A model generated the notes under the pieces. It was given only the letters and a program-made list of their open reading frames with translations. It made no database searches and had not been told where the DNA came from. This document shows positions 38,062 to 48,014 of a DNA stretch of 64,000 nucleotides, one piece after another. The stretch's first letter is position 1; the number at the start of each line of letters is the position of its first letter. Source of the DNA: a virus (Duplodnaviria; Heunggongvirae; Uroviricota; Caudoviricetes); the IMG/VR virus record IMGVR_UViG_3300029746_000001; one strand, given 5' to 3'. The translations under genes and the position numbers were made by a program.

Positions 38062-40119
38062 TCAAACCTGCGGTTGACTGACGTCTAATAACAACTGGGC
38101 AAGGCCGCAATTGTAGCGATCCGCAGTAGAAGTGGCGTGAATCGCAAACAGAGAACGAGGCGAGCAAAGGCTAGTGAGCGCATAACCGCCGAAACGAGCA
38201 GCCAATCTACTCCTTAAGCCGATAGCTGAAGCCCAGTGGCAATTGTCCCATGTATAAAAACATTCTCCTGTTCCGATACTTCCCCCTTTTTTATCCTTCC
38301 ATCCGGTATAAGGAATACGGTGTAAAGCAAAACTATCTCCTAAATTCTGGGTAGTTGCTATCTTTTTATATTTAGATTCAAAATTAAAAACCTCACCATT
38401 ATTTATAGTAGACCTTTTCTCATATGTCCATTTCTTTTGATCTGGCTCTATATAGATATCAATAGTATTACCTATACGAGTAACATTAGGGTCATTTAAA
38501 CAAGTTCCTACCTGTTCGTATCCTCCTCCACAATACCTAAAGACATCTCCAGACAAATTCATGCCATCGTACAAAGACATCCTTAAAATAACTTCCAAAT
38601 CAAATTCTGCCGGTTCGTCATTTTCGTTTAAGGCTGATATAGTGCCGGTCATTTCCTTAAACACAATAACATTCATATGACCTTCAACCATACTCTTGGC
38701 TCCCTGGACGTTCTTATACCAATATTTTCCTCCATAAAAATCGAACTCCAATCCTTCCTCTATTCCTGCCTCAAATGCAAAAGAAGCCGCCATCTGGCTT
38801 TCCATGCACTGTTCTTTAGGATATTCTGAATTTATGAGGTAAGAAAAATGAGTTTTTTTAGTAGGTTCATAATGTATAATAGAAGAATTTGTAGCCCATG
38901 ATCCATACAACCATGTCTCTTCTCCTTTTTTACGATACTTTACACCTCCGTATTTGCGATAATTAACATCATTACCTACTCCGGAGTTACTTGATATCCC
39001 TGATCCAAAAGTATCTGGATTAGCTAAGTATTTAGTACCGTACAGCATTTCAAGGTATATGATATAAGCATTCAAGGTCAAAAAACCACCTTCAGAAAAA
39101 GGATAAGAAGATTCAGGATCTACGTTATTAACCCTCGAATACTTAGCTATATTGATTTGATTTACATCATTGCTTCTCGGATAAGTTCTTCCATTTAAAA
39201 ACATCGTGCAGGCGTTACCAACTCCGGCTCCGGATTTACAATTTGTTTCTCCTTCATACAAGAAAAAGAAAGATCTTGCCTTGGAGTCTACTGTACATAC
39301 CGGTCCAGGAGATAAGGCTGTGGGCGGAAGCACAGGGCACGTCTGGCGCAGGTCAAGTCCGTCCAGCATAGGAACCGTGTCTGCGTCGTACACCCCAGAC
39401 CATATTTTCCCACTTTTTCCAACTACCTTATCAGCTACATACAGGCTCTTGCTACATCCTAAGAATATGCTATAATTCTTTGAAGTAGTCTCCCAAGGTC
39501 TTAAAATCCTTACCTCTGACCCTGATACATTATAAAGTTTTTGATCAATACCATACTCTTCGTAAAAAGCCTTGGCGTCAAATGCTCCGGCATCACAATA
39601 CTTATTTTTATGACCGTTATCCAAATACAGTTCCACATCGCATTCGGCTCTCATTTCCTCGGTTATACCTACCGTAGGAGCAAAATCTCCGTTTTCAAAT
39701 CTAAGGAGATTATTCTTACGAAGCTTTCCTACCGGACGCACTTTGTCTCCGGTATTTTGAGTCATGTCTATAAGGTAAAAATCCCAAGAAGGGAGAAGGC
39801 TTTTGTCGCCAACTGATTCTGTGGCTCCTGGAGGAAGCTGATCCTCAGCCCAAGCGGATGCCGATCCCGAAGCACCTTCTTTAAGAACGTTGAAAGTATT
39901 ACCATCAGACAAAACAAAAGGCTCAGATTCCTCCCCTTTCTTCGATAAAAACTTTTCCCTTTTACCAACTTGATTAACGACTATGTTCTTCTTAGCCTTA
40001 TTCCCTTCATCGGAAATAGTGTAATTCAAAGTCGTATCAAGACCTTCATTTATTTCAGAAAACACCGACACCAGTTTATCATTCTCACCTTCTGTCGGAT
40101 TAAATTTTACGTTGCTCAT
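38062..40119 (-). CDS. DGR target protein, putative receptor-binding protein with C-terminal CLec-like variable domain
   Basis: NLSGDVFRY and ARFGG motifs; the C-terminus contains the variable repeat. Confidence 0.88.
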   Translation of the reverse strand: MSNVKFNPTEGENDKLVSVFSEINEGLDTTLNYTISDEGNKAKKNIVVNQVGKREKFLSKKGEESEPFVLSDGNTFNVLKEGASGSASAWAEDQLPPGATESVGDKSLLPSWDFYLIDMTQNTGDKVRPVGKLRKNNLLRFENGDFAPTVGITEEMRAECDVELYLDNGHKNKYCDAGAFDAKAFYEEYGIDQKLYNVSGSEVRILRPWETTSKNYSIFLGCSKSLYVADKVVGKSGKIWSGVYDADTVPMLDGLDLRQTCPVLPPTALSPGPVCTVDSKARSFFFLYEGETNCKSGAGVGNACTMFLNGRTYPRSNDVNQINIAKYSRVNNVDPESSYPFSEGGFLTLNAYIIYLEMLYGTKYLANPDTFGSGISSNSGVGNDVNYRKYGGVKYRKKGEETWLYGSWATNSSIIHYEPTKKTHFSYLINSEYPKEQCMESQMAASFAFEAGIEEGLEFDFYGGKYWYKNVQGAKSMVEGHMNVIVFKEMTGTISALNENDEPAEFDLEVILRMSLYDGMNLSGDVFRYCGGGYEQVGTCLNDPNVTRIGNTIDIYIEPDQKKWTYEKRSTINNGEVFNFESKYKKIATTQNLGDSFALHRIPYTGWKDKKGGSIGTGECFYTWDNCHWASAIGLRSRLAARFGGYALTSLCSPRSLFAIHATSTADRYNCGLAQLLLDVSQPQV
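38097..38206 (-). repeat. DGR variable repeat (VR)
   Basis: 17 differences from the TR over 110 nt, 16 of them at TR adenines on the coding strand. Confidence 0.95.
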
Positions 40120-40121
40120 TT

Positions 40122-40760
40122 TCAAAAATCAAATTTACATTCATCAACAACAGGCTCGCATTTGGTATTTTCATTAACCCATTTCATGCCCTCTTCTTCC
40201 AGTATCTTCTTAGCCTTTTCATTGGCATCATCAACGCTAATGAAAGACGTTACGGTACCAGCGTATATCCTCCTGTATTTCTCAGGGGCCTTCCATCCTT
40301 CCTTACAACGTTTACTAAACCAACCATGTTGATCTTCGTTGTAATAAACGGTTTTACATACTCCAGATTCGTTAGCGGCAGCCTGCCCTTCTTGCTCAAG
40401 AATCTTCGCAGCTTCGTAGTTGGCTATTTCGGTACTGAACTTAGACCATACACGCCCGGCCTCTACCACGTGATGTGTGGGTTGTTCTTGTTTTTGACCA
40501 TCAGGACAATCATTTTTAAAGAAATCCCCTTCCTGTCTTGTGTTATAATATACCTCGCAACAGCCACCTACTTTATTAGCATACAACGGACCTTCTTTCT
40601 CCGCAAACTCTTCCGCTTTCCTATCTGCATCATCCTGGCTTATATCCGAACAAAATTCAGCCTCATGAACGATAAACGTTTCTTCAGAACCAAGATCTTC
40701 CGGACAGTCAGATTTCTTGAAAGCTTTTCTGTATTCCTTGTTGTAATACATCTTTTTCAT
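40122..40760 (-). CDS. DUF5977-like repeat protein
   Basis: Three repeats of the same type as in 29372-33883. Confidence 0.7.
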   Translation of the reverse strand: MKKMYYNKEYRKAFKKSDCPEDLGSEETFIVHEAEFCSDISQDDADRKAEEFAEKEGPLYANKVGGCCEVYYNTRQEGDFFKNDCPDGQKQEQPTHHVVEAGRVWSKFSTEIANYEAAKILEQEGQAAANESGVCKTVYYNEDQHGWFSKRCKEGWKAPEKYRRIYAGTVTSFISVDDANEKAKKILEEEGMKWVNENTKCEPVVDECKFDF

Positions 40761-41008
40761 GACAAGATCTTATTAAGTTCCTCTTTAAATTTCTGAATCT
40801 CGTCCGGGCACAACCCGCATTCCCCTTCACATACGATTCTTTTCATACGATCTATTTTAAGAACCGTATCTATATCAGGTTTTATACCTACCTTATACTT
40901 ATGATATTGTAAATACTGATCAGCCTTACATGCTATAAAACGATCAGCACACTCACATAAGTAAGATGAAGGGAAAAGAATTTGCTGTGTACTTCCGGTA
41001 GCTGCCAT
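40757..41008 (-). CDS. Small Cys-containing hypothetical protein
   Basis: 83-aa ORF coupled to its neighbours. Confidence 0.55.
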   Translation of the reverse strand: MAATGSTQQILFPSSYLCECADRFIACKADQYLQYHKYKVGIKPDIDTVLKIDRMKRIVCEGECGLCPDEIQKFKEELNKILS

Positions 41009-41009
41009 A

Positions 41010-41336
41010 TCACTTTGACGTAAAATACCTGGCGTATTCTTTATTTATGTATTCAGAATAAGTAGCAAGATCATCCGGATCCGGACACTCGTTCTTCAAA
41101 TTAACAATCCAGCCTCTTACCAGTTTTTGAATATCAGCATACCTTTTACTTACACCTCCTACAAACCTGAACTTGCGATGAAGGTCTATGATTTTCTTGT
41201 CCAATACAGCAAGTTCATCGTATTTCTGAATACAAGCCGCATTAGAATCAGCTTTAGGTGTCGTATTCGACTGAGGCTTTATAGCCCTATTTCTATTAAC
41301 AGAAGTAATATTACTTCTTCCACATCCACATCCCAT
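41010..41336 (-). CDS. Hypothetical protein
   Basis: 108 aa, starting MGCGCG. Confidence 0.55.
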   Translation of the reverse strand: MGCGCGRSNITSVNRNRAIKPQSNTTPKADSNAACIQKYDELAVLDKKIIDLHRKFRFVGGVSKRYADIQKLVRGWIVNLKNECPDPDDLATYSEYINKEYARYFTSK

Positions 41337-41357
41337 AACTTATTTATATTTAATTAA

Positions 41358-42236
41358 TTACATTTTGCAACCACAATTCTCACAATTATTGAGAACGTAA
41401 ATCAATTTAGATACCTTTTCGTATAATTGTTTTACGTTTTCAAAATTCCCTAATCTCATATTGGCCTCAGCCGCAGCCAGCAGAAACTCTATTTCTTTTA
41501 TTTTGTCAATAACGTCATCATCCTCATGATCACACAATACGGTTGACCTGGCCCATATCTTATCTATGTTAAGACGAATCAGATCGGTTTTTAAATACTT
41601 TCTGTTAAATGAATAAGATGAAGGACTACCTTTTATGGTAATATCGTATATACCATCTTTTAGGTTTTCAAAATCATTTCCACGACCGGGATTTATGCCA
41701 AGGGTCTTACTGTTGAATACATTCAACTGATTCTTACCAAGATAATAAACATACTTATTTTCATCTTCAGGTGGCACAATCTCTATAATAGCCGGTCTGT
41801 CTGCAAGTATCCCCCATTCCGACTGATCGGCTATGCGAAGCGTTTTAGGGTTGTTGGTGCTTATAACCTCAAAATCAAGATGGATGTTGTTCATACTCTC
41901 CTCCCATCCCATTCTGGTAAGGGAATCATCGTATCTGGCTGTTATATCAGCTCCCTCTACCTCAGTGCTATTAACACGTACCTCGGTACCATTTATCTTG
42001 ACTCCTACTATTTGGGCCACCAATGACTTAGCCATACCAAACATAGGAACAATGATTTCTCCGTTGTAATCAGTTCCTTCATTTGGATACTGTACTACTT
42101 CCGTCTTGTACAGGCCATCATTTCTTCTGGCTACTATTCTAATAACCATCTGATTTTCCACATCGTAGTCGGTCATTACTATCCTGACATAGAAAATGTT
42201 ATTTCTTATCTGTGGTAAAATATCGATATAATTCAT
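41358..42236 (-). CDS. Putative structural protein
   Basis: 292 aa with LKDGIYDIT and a C-terminal CENCGC. Promoter at 42253-42260. Confidence 0.55.
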   Translation of the reverse strand: MNYIDILPQIRNNIFYVRIVMTDYDVENQMVIRIVARRNDGLYKTEVVQYPNEGTDYNGEIIVPMFGMAKSLVAQIVGVKINGTEVRVNSTEVEGADITARYDDSLTRMGWEESMNNIHLDFEVISTNNPKTLRIADQSEWGILADRPAIIEIVPPEDENKYVYYLGKNQLNVFNSKTLGINPGRGNDFENLKDGIYDITIKGSPSSYSFNRKYLKTDLIRLNIDKIWARSTVLCDHEDDDVIDKIKEIEFLLAAAEANMRLGNFENVKQLYEKVSKLIYVLNNCENCGCKM

Positions 42237-42319
42237 AACTTACCTTTTTCCACAAAGATAAGTAAATGGGGTGATAAAAGTTTAAAATGTTGTGTATTAA
42301 ATAAAATAGGACGTGATTA

Positions 42320-42772
42320 TTACCATATCCGATAATAGATTCCAGCGCCTAAGTAGGGGGAGAAGCCCTCGCGTCCAACCCCATACCCTGCCGTCAGTCC
42401 TATGCCCCAGCGCCGGCTCTTTTCGTATATTATTTCTTTTTTGTGGTAGATGATCATCGTGTCTAAATTAGGTCTGTATCCGCTTATAACAGCCCGATAA
42501 TCATCTGTGTTGTATGTTTTTCTTTGTATAGGAATATTGATATAAACAGTGTCTTTTATCGTATCTTTTTCAACTATAGCATCCATAGGGAAAGGTATTT
42601 CTACCTCCCCTACGTCAACTATATACTGAGGAACAGGAACAGGTTGGATAATGGTATCTATTACAGTATCTATTTCTATATCGTGTATTATTTCTTGTTT
42701 CTTGCATGTTTTACCAAACAAGAAAGATATAAAACACAGTAGAAGAACTCCTAACACATGCCTGGCTCTCAT
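42320..42772 (-). CDS. Putative spanin-like lysis protein
   Basis: N-terminal hydrophobic anchor, DT-rich middle and C-terminal amphipathic beta strands ending in Trp. Lies directly downstream of the holin and endolysin. Confidence 0.55.
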   Translation of the reverse strand: MRARHVLGVLLLCFISFLFGKTCKKQEIIHDIEIDTVIDTIIQPVPVPQYIVDVGEVEIPFPMDAIVEKDTIKDTVYINIPIQRKTYNTDDYRAVISGYRPNLDTMIIYHKKEIIYEKSRRWGIGLTAGYGVGREGFSPYLGAGIYYRIW

Positions 42773-43356
42773 TTTTTGCAAACACATCTTTTACCCTCCT
42801 TATCTTCGTCTAAAAGCTCTTGTATATCACCGTTGTTAATACCTTCTTTAAGTTCTTCTCCGAATGGAACCTTCTGCCACCAACTTACTTTGCTAAAGAA
42901 ATACTTAACACCTTTTACTATCATCAAATCAGGTGCAAGGTCGCCGAGGCGTTTGAATGCCATTCCACCGTATAATATTAAGGCGAATATCGTAATCCAC
43001 TGAAGAAGCATGTCTATAAACTCTGGGGATTTATGCCCTCCCATAGACATAATAAGATCCATTCCGGATATGGTAAACAGCCCGAAAGAGCAGGCCGCGA
43101 ACTCAAGAAGGATTTTCAAAACTCCAATTTCGCTTATGCATGTCAATATCTTAAAAGGCCTCTTTCTCTTTCTTCGGATATAGCAGTGTTTGATACTTTT
43201 TATAGTAGCTAGCAAAAGATTTATAGCTAATATAAACAATATAGAATATATAAGGTGGTGAATCTCCTGGAAATTCATCCACAATGCTGATAATCCGGAA
43301 ATGAGAAAAGCCCAGAAACTTTCTAAATTCATCCTTCCTACAAACCTGTAAGCCAT
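42769..43356 (-). CDS. Putative holin
   Basis: Multiple transmembrane segments, adjacent to the endolysin. Confidence 0.6.
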   Translation of the reverse strand: MAYRFVGRMNLESFWAFLISGLSALWMNFQEIHHLIYSILFILAINLLLATIKSIKHCYIRRKRKRPFKILTCISEIGVLKILLEFAACSFGLFTISGMDLIMSMGGHKSPEFIDMLLQWITIFALILYGGMAFKRLGDLAPDLMIVKGVKYFFSKVSWWQKVPFGEELKEGINNGDIQELLDEDKEGKRCVCKK

Positions 43357-43357
43357 A

Positions 43358-43819
43358 TTAGAACATAGTTACTTTCTTGCTACTTCCAAGAGAGTCATAT
43401 ACGTCAATATGGACCCAATTGGTACCTGATTCTAATCTAATGGGACAAGGAAGTAGATCCTGCGACTGAATTATTTTATTCCTTGTCTCTTCTGCCGTCA
43501 TACCCTTGGCATCAAAATCGATGGCTGCCCCAAGCATATGAGGACTGATATACAAAGACCCTGATACGGTCTTGGATTTTACTATGTCTGAGATATTGTT
43601 CCTAAACCCACGCTCATCAAACCTTCCGCCCGACTTCCAGGTATTAACCGTCATCGGAGTTTTCAAAATGTCTTTTCTTAAAACCAGTATCGTGTGAAGC
43701 AACTCAGTTCTTAAATACCTCCAGCAAAGATCTTTGTCTCTACCGTATTCTTTAGGACCAACTAATTCAACAATACTAAAATACTGACTCAATTCTTTTA
43801 TAATATCACTTCTTTCCAT
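43358..43819 (-). CDS. Endolysin, peptidase M15 family
   Basis: RGFR, SPHMLGAAIDF and WVHID zinc-binding motifs. Confidence 0.8.
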   Translation of the reverse strand: MERSDIIKELSQYFSIVELVGPKEYGRDKDLCWRYLRTELLHTILVLRKDILKTPMTVNTWKSGGRFDERGFRNNISDIVKSKTVSGSLYISPHMLGAAIDFDAKGMTAEETRNKIIQSQDLLPCPIRLESGTNWVHIDVYDSLGSSKKVTMF

Positions 43820-43950
43820 AACTTAACCTTTTTCACAAAGATAATCCGAACATTACCTATATGAAAAATAAGTAGAGTCGGGATTAAAGAAAAACCCCTG
43901 CATAAATAAATATACAGGGGTTATCCATAACATTAACAACAAATTACGAC

Positions 43951-45063
43951 CTAAACAACCCTTACATATCCGGCTGATACAAGATCAGAAAGGTTCTCGT
44001 AAGCCAAAGGGATGCCTGAATCTCTTATGCAAAGATACTTAATTTCTTTGTCAATGTAATACTTTCCATTCTCTAAAATAGAATTATATACCCAAGGAAT
44101 AGGATCGTCTATCGTACCTGAATGCTTTTCTTGAACAACCATATACAGGCTTTCAGTTCCACCTCCCTGACCAGGGACCCAGTCGGCTTGGAGATTGTGA
44201 TTTTGCCTTACTTCAAACAGAGTCCAATCCAAATCCGAAGGTTTGTTTTTGCTACGGAAACGCTGCCCTTTTACAACAGCCGTGCCCATAGGAAGACCTT
44301 TGTCGCCGTAAACTCCATCCTTGTCCCAGATAGGGTACAACCCCTTTATCTTAAGAGCAAGATTCTGGTCAGTGTTTTCCAACATAGCCGGCGTGTTGAT
44401 CATCGCCCTCATGTACATGGCTGTAGCCTTCTCTGGATCATTGGCTTCAAGGATCTTATTTTTTTCTATGATCTGATCCTTTGTCCTTACCAACTTCTCA
44501 GGATAGCCTTCATCTACTTTCATAGACTCAACTTCACTCCTGTCGGTTTTAGAAGCTATTTCCTTTTCTATGGCAACAGTACGATCGTTGCACTCAGATT
44601 CATATACATGCATTTCATTCATTGCCGTATTAGCAATATCAAGCTCGTATTCTGAATCTGCTACGGATACGGTGTATATCCCGCTTCCTTTTGCTGCGTC
44701 AATATCGTTTTTAACCTTCTGTCTCATGCTGCTGTTATACCATATCTGTTTACCATCCAAACTATAAGAACGGACAACATCAGAATAAGCATATTCCCTG
44801 GCCTCAGAAACTTTCTTGTCCTTAGCCTTGGCAAGCAACTCCTCTTCAGTTGGTCCAGGAGGCTCCGGGTCAAGCTGCATAGCAATAACTTCTTTCACAC
44901 TCGCATCAGGATTGTTTTGATGGAATTTTTCTTGATCGGAGTCAAGTTGAACCCATTTACCATCTAAGAAATCTTGGTAAGAATACCCTACTTCGTAAGA
45001 AGAGGAGTCCAACTCGTATCCTTCCCAATAAAAACCTTTTATATTCTTATTTACATAAAGCAT
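43951..45063 (-). CDS. Tail-fibre-associated protein
   Basis: ELLAKAKDKKVSE-type assembly-protein segment and C-terminal HNLQADWVP...GTIDDPIPW. Confidence 0.55.
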   Translation of the reverse strand: MLYVNKNIKGFYWEGYELDSSSYEVGYSYQDFLDGKWVQLDSDQEKFHQNNPDASVKEVIAMQLDPEPPGPTEEELLAKAKDKKVSEAREYAYSDVVRSYSLDGKQIWYNSSMRQKVKNDIDAAKGSGIYTVSVADSEYELDIANTAMNEMHVYESECNDRTVAIEKEIASKTDRSEVESMKVDEGYPEKLVRTKDQIIEKNKILEANDPEKATAMYMRAMINTPAMLENTDQNLALKIKGLYPIWDKDGVYGDKGLPMGTAVVKGQRFRSKNKPSDLDWTLFEVRQNHNLQADWVPGQGGGTESLYMVVQEKHSGTIDDPIPWVYNSILENGKYYIDKEIKYLCIRDSGIPLAYENLSDLVSAGYVRVV

Positions 45064-45078
45064 ACTCTATCCTTTCTA

Positions 45079-46140
45079 TTAAGCTTGTTCACCTACTCTG
45101 ATAACCAACTTATCATTGATATACCAGATACTTAATTCTATAAAACTGTTTTTAGGTACTATTACGCTATCGCCTGACATACTCTGGAACTGGCCAGAGG
45201 TAGGAAGTGGCTGTGTGATGTCTATGCCGGTGGTGTTGTTGACCCGCACCTGCCACTCCCTCCCAACATACTCAGAAGATGCGGTCATAGACAGATTCGT
45301 AGCAGAAGCTACGTTGGCTATAATATTATGAGTGTCTTTAGGAAGATTAACCAATGTCGTAACAACCCTGGGAGCTTTAGACATAAACCTCAGATAAGAC
45401 ATCATAGTATTAGACAACGTAACCATATTGCTCAATACCTTATAAGCCTTATCTTGAGTAACAGTATATGTTCCTACATGAATCTCTATATCAGATTTAG
45501 ATACGCCTTCTCCAGTATTGGTATCTGAAAATGAAACAAATACAATCTTTAATTCAAAAGCACCTTCAAAATCCCTACCTTCTAAAAAATAATCCAAAGA
45601 ATAGTAATTGCCAGCTAACTTTCCTAACGTAATTTTATTATTGTAAGCATCCAGGACCTTCCCAAACGAAGCTTCATCAAGTGTTCCTGAATTACCTGAA
45701 AACATAGATAGATCAAGATAATTCGAATCTACTCCTGTACTTACCATACCAAGCGATTCAAGCACCTTAGTTCCACCTTCTTCAGTAACCAAAATATATT
45801 CGTTATACACGTTTTTGGTTTCTGTAGATGCCACATCATCTTTTACAAGATACATGACATTATCCTTCGCCTCTTCAACAGTAGGAAGTTTGCTAACAAT
45901 CTGCTTCTTCCATCCTGCTGCCGATACAGCATCATCTATGTACTGTTTTGTTACATGATCTCCCCATGTCATGTTACTAAGAAGAGTCTTGCTACCGTCT
46001 TGACTTCCAGCAGGGGGAGCCGGGATGAGGCCTCCCTTGCCCGACTCCGAACCTGTTCCAGGAGCAGCCTGCACCACATTCTCAAGTCTGGAATCAACCT
46101 CCCGACCTTCGAATTTACTGTTATAACCTACTTCTGCCAT
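45079..46140 (-). CDS. Putative tail fibre protein
   Basis: GLIPAPPAG, VTKQYID and IVSKLPT...YLV...YNEYI fibre-like motifs. Confidence 0.6.
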   Translation of the reverse strand: MAEVGYNSKFEGREVDSRLENVVQAAPGTGSESGKGGLIPAPPAGSQDGSKTLLSNMTWGDHVTKQYIDDAVSAAGWKKQIVSKLPTVEEAKDNVMYLVKDDVASTETKNVYNEYILVTEEGGTKVLESLGMVSTGVDSNYLDLSMFSGNSGTLDEASFGKVLDAYNNKITLGKLAGNYYSLDYFLEGRDFEGAFELKIVFVSFSDTNTGEGVSKSDIEIHVGTYTVTQDKAYKVLSNMVTLSNTMMSYLRFMSKAPRVVTTLVNLPKDTHNIIANVASATNLSMTASSEYVGREWQVRVNNTTGIDITQPLPTSGQFQSMSGDSVIVPKNSFIELSIWYINDKLVIRVGEQA

Positions 46141-46283
46141 TTTTTTTTATTTCTTGTTAATTTTATCCAACAATTTCTTGATCTGGTCTACGATGTCCAT
46201 CACCGCGCCAACCTTGTTTTTTACGTCCTCAACCTTCTGATCAATCTTAGAATCCAAAGCCTTTAAACGGTCTTCGTTTTTAC

Positions 46284-47573
46284 GATCTTTAACAAAGCCC
46301 CTGCTTTTAAATAGGGGATCAATGATTCTTTTGTTTATATATGTATTTTTAATAATTGATTCTAATATACACCCAAAAGTTATTATTATATTCACGCTGT
46401 AAATGTAATTAAAAAAATGATTTCATACAAATACAACATCTATCATTCAAAGAAAACAAAGTATCTCGATAAGATGCTGCGTGAATGCTGTTTCGTATGG
46501 AATCATGCTTTAGCTCTACAACGTAGATACTACAGACTGTTTGGGAAATACATACCAGTTGGTAAGATGCAAAAGCATTTTGCAAAAAGGGTAAAAAGAA
46601 TCCTACTTCATTCCCAAACAGTACAAGAAATCCTTCAAAGATTAGATTCTGCATACAATCGTTTCTTTAAGAAATTATCTAAACGTCCACCTAAGTTCAA
46701 AAGATCAGATTGTTTCAACTCTTTTGTTTTTAGACAAGGAGGGTTTACCCTGAATGGAAATTGTCTAACAATTAACAAAGGAAAGAAAAGATTTAGATTC
46801 TCATACAGTAGAGTCTACGAAGGTAATGTTAAACAAATTAGAATAGTTAAAGAAACCTGTTCCCGCTTTAGTTTGATTATAGTTACAGATCATAATCATT
46901 CAAACTCTTATAGAAAGACACATGATGGTGCATCGATAGGATTGGATTTTGGCCTGAAAACTTATCTAACTAAAAGTGATGGTAGCAAAATTAATTCTCC
47001 TCTATTCTTCAAACGATATCAAAACAAGATTAGAAAACTAAACAAACGGCTTTCTAATACAAAGAAAGGATCCAACAATAGAAGAAGGAGATTGTTTGAA
47101 CTACAACAAGCGTATCGTAAAATAAAAGATCTTCGATCAGACTTTCAATGGAAATTAGCTCATCAGTTATGCAAACAGTATGATTATATTTTTATTGAAG
47201 ATCTAAACATTGAAGGAATGAAGCGTTTGTGGGGAAAGAAAGTTTCCGATCTCAGTCATTCTTCTTTTATTAACAAACTTACGTATGTTGCTTCAAAGTA
47301 TGGAGTAACGATACATAAGATTGATAAATGGTATCCTTCTTCCAAAACTTGTGAATGTGGCTGCATTAATAAAGGTCTGTCGTTACGCGACCGCACGTGG
47401 GTGTGCCCAGCGTGCGGCGCGATCAACGACCGTGATGTTCTTGCAGCCCGTAATATACTTCGGAAGGGCATTTCCGAATTGGAGAGCAAGAGTAATTCCA
47501 GCGATAATAATATCGGGGTTTCTTGCGCTTGCATCCAAGAATCCCATTTGCTTTAGCTATGGGAGTATGTCAA
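46284..47573 (+). mobile_element. Non-autonomous IS200/IS605-family (IS1341-like) element
   Basis: Inserted 3' of TTAC and ends in TCAA. Subterminal hairpins cccctgcttttaaatagggg and tcccatttgctttagctatggga. No tnpA. Confidence 0.88.
46417..47556 (+). CDS. tnpB: TnpB RNA-guided nuclease with canonical RuvC and zinc finger
   Basis: IGLDFG, FIEDL, SKTCECG...CPACG and DRDVLAARNI. Confidence 0.93.
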   Translation: MISYKYNIYHSKKTKYLDKMLRECCFVWNHALALQRRYYRLFGKYIPVGKMQKHFAKRVKRILLHSQTVQEILQRLDSAYNRFFKKLSKRPPKFKRSDCFNSFVFRQGGFTLNGNCLTINKGKKRFRFSYSRVYEGNVKQIRIVKETCSRFSLIIVTDHNHSNSYRKTHDGASIGLDFGLKTYLTKSDGSKINSPLFFKRYQNKIRKLNKRLSNTKKGSNNRRRRLFELQQAYRKIKDLRSDFQWKLAHQLCKQYDYIFIEDLNIEGMKRLWGKKVSDLSHSSFINKLTYVASKYGVTIHKIDKWYPSSKTCECGCINKGLSLRDRTWVCPACGAINDRDVLAARNILRKGISELESKSNSSDNNIGVSCACIQESHLL

Positions 47574-47740
47574 GATACACTAAATACAGGGCTAAACCGA
47601 TGATTGCTATCGTAAGGATATTAGCCAAAACGCATCCGATTATTATCTGAAACATGATGATTATATGGTAGATAACGCTACCACACGCTTTAATTATTTA
47701 ACTTTTCACAAATATAGCAATTGTCCCAACCATAACAAGA

Positions 47741-48013
47741 TCAAAGACGCTCGTCATTAACATCAGACACCCATTCTTTAGATGAAAGAACAGATTCAAA
47801 CTCAGAAGAAGGGCTGTCATATACCGGATACGGATATTGAGGATCGTCATCAGCCTGCGCGTCTAAAGACTTAAATAGATGGTCATAATGTTCTACGTGT
47901 AAAATAACCCAAGAGCCGTCTACGCTCGCTCTTGGGCTACCTGTTCCTAATTCACGTTTCTTTTCTTCAGATACGGAATCATATACTTCTTTTGGTATGA
48001 TAATGAATTTCAT
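47741..48013 (-). CDS. Hypothetical protein
   Basis: 90-aa ORF coupled to the upstream fibre-like gene. Confidence 0.6.
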   Translation of the reverse strand: MKFIIIPKEVYDSVSEEKKRELGTGSPRASVDGSWVILHVEHYDHLFKSLDAQADDDPQYPYPVYDSPSSEFESVLSSKEWVSDVNDERL

Positions 48014-48014
48014 A

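Larger units (their letters stand above)
46147..47655 (-). pseudogene. 72-aa membrane-anchored coiled-coil gene split by the IS605-type element
   Basis: Joining 47655-47574 with 46283-46147 gives 219 nt in frame: MFQIIIGCVLANILTIAIIGLALYLVYRKNEDRLKALDSKIDQKVEDVKNKVGAVMDIVDQIKKLLDKINKK*. Confidence 0.85.

Noticed and set aside
46284..46286. GAT as a 3-bp target-site duplication of the second tnpB element
   Set aside because: TTAC-left and TCAA-right boundaries with subterminal hairpins fit IS605-type insertion without duplication, so the first GAT is assigned to the element. An empty allele cannot distinguish the two readings, but other copies could.
46147..46395. 82-aa ORF in the track as a real gene
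   Set aside because: It is a chimera of the IS left end and the 3' half of the interrupted 72-aa gene.
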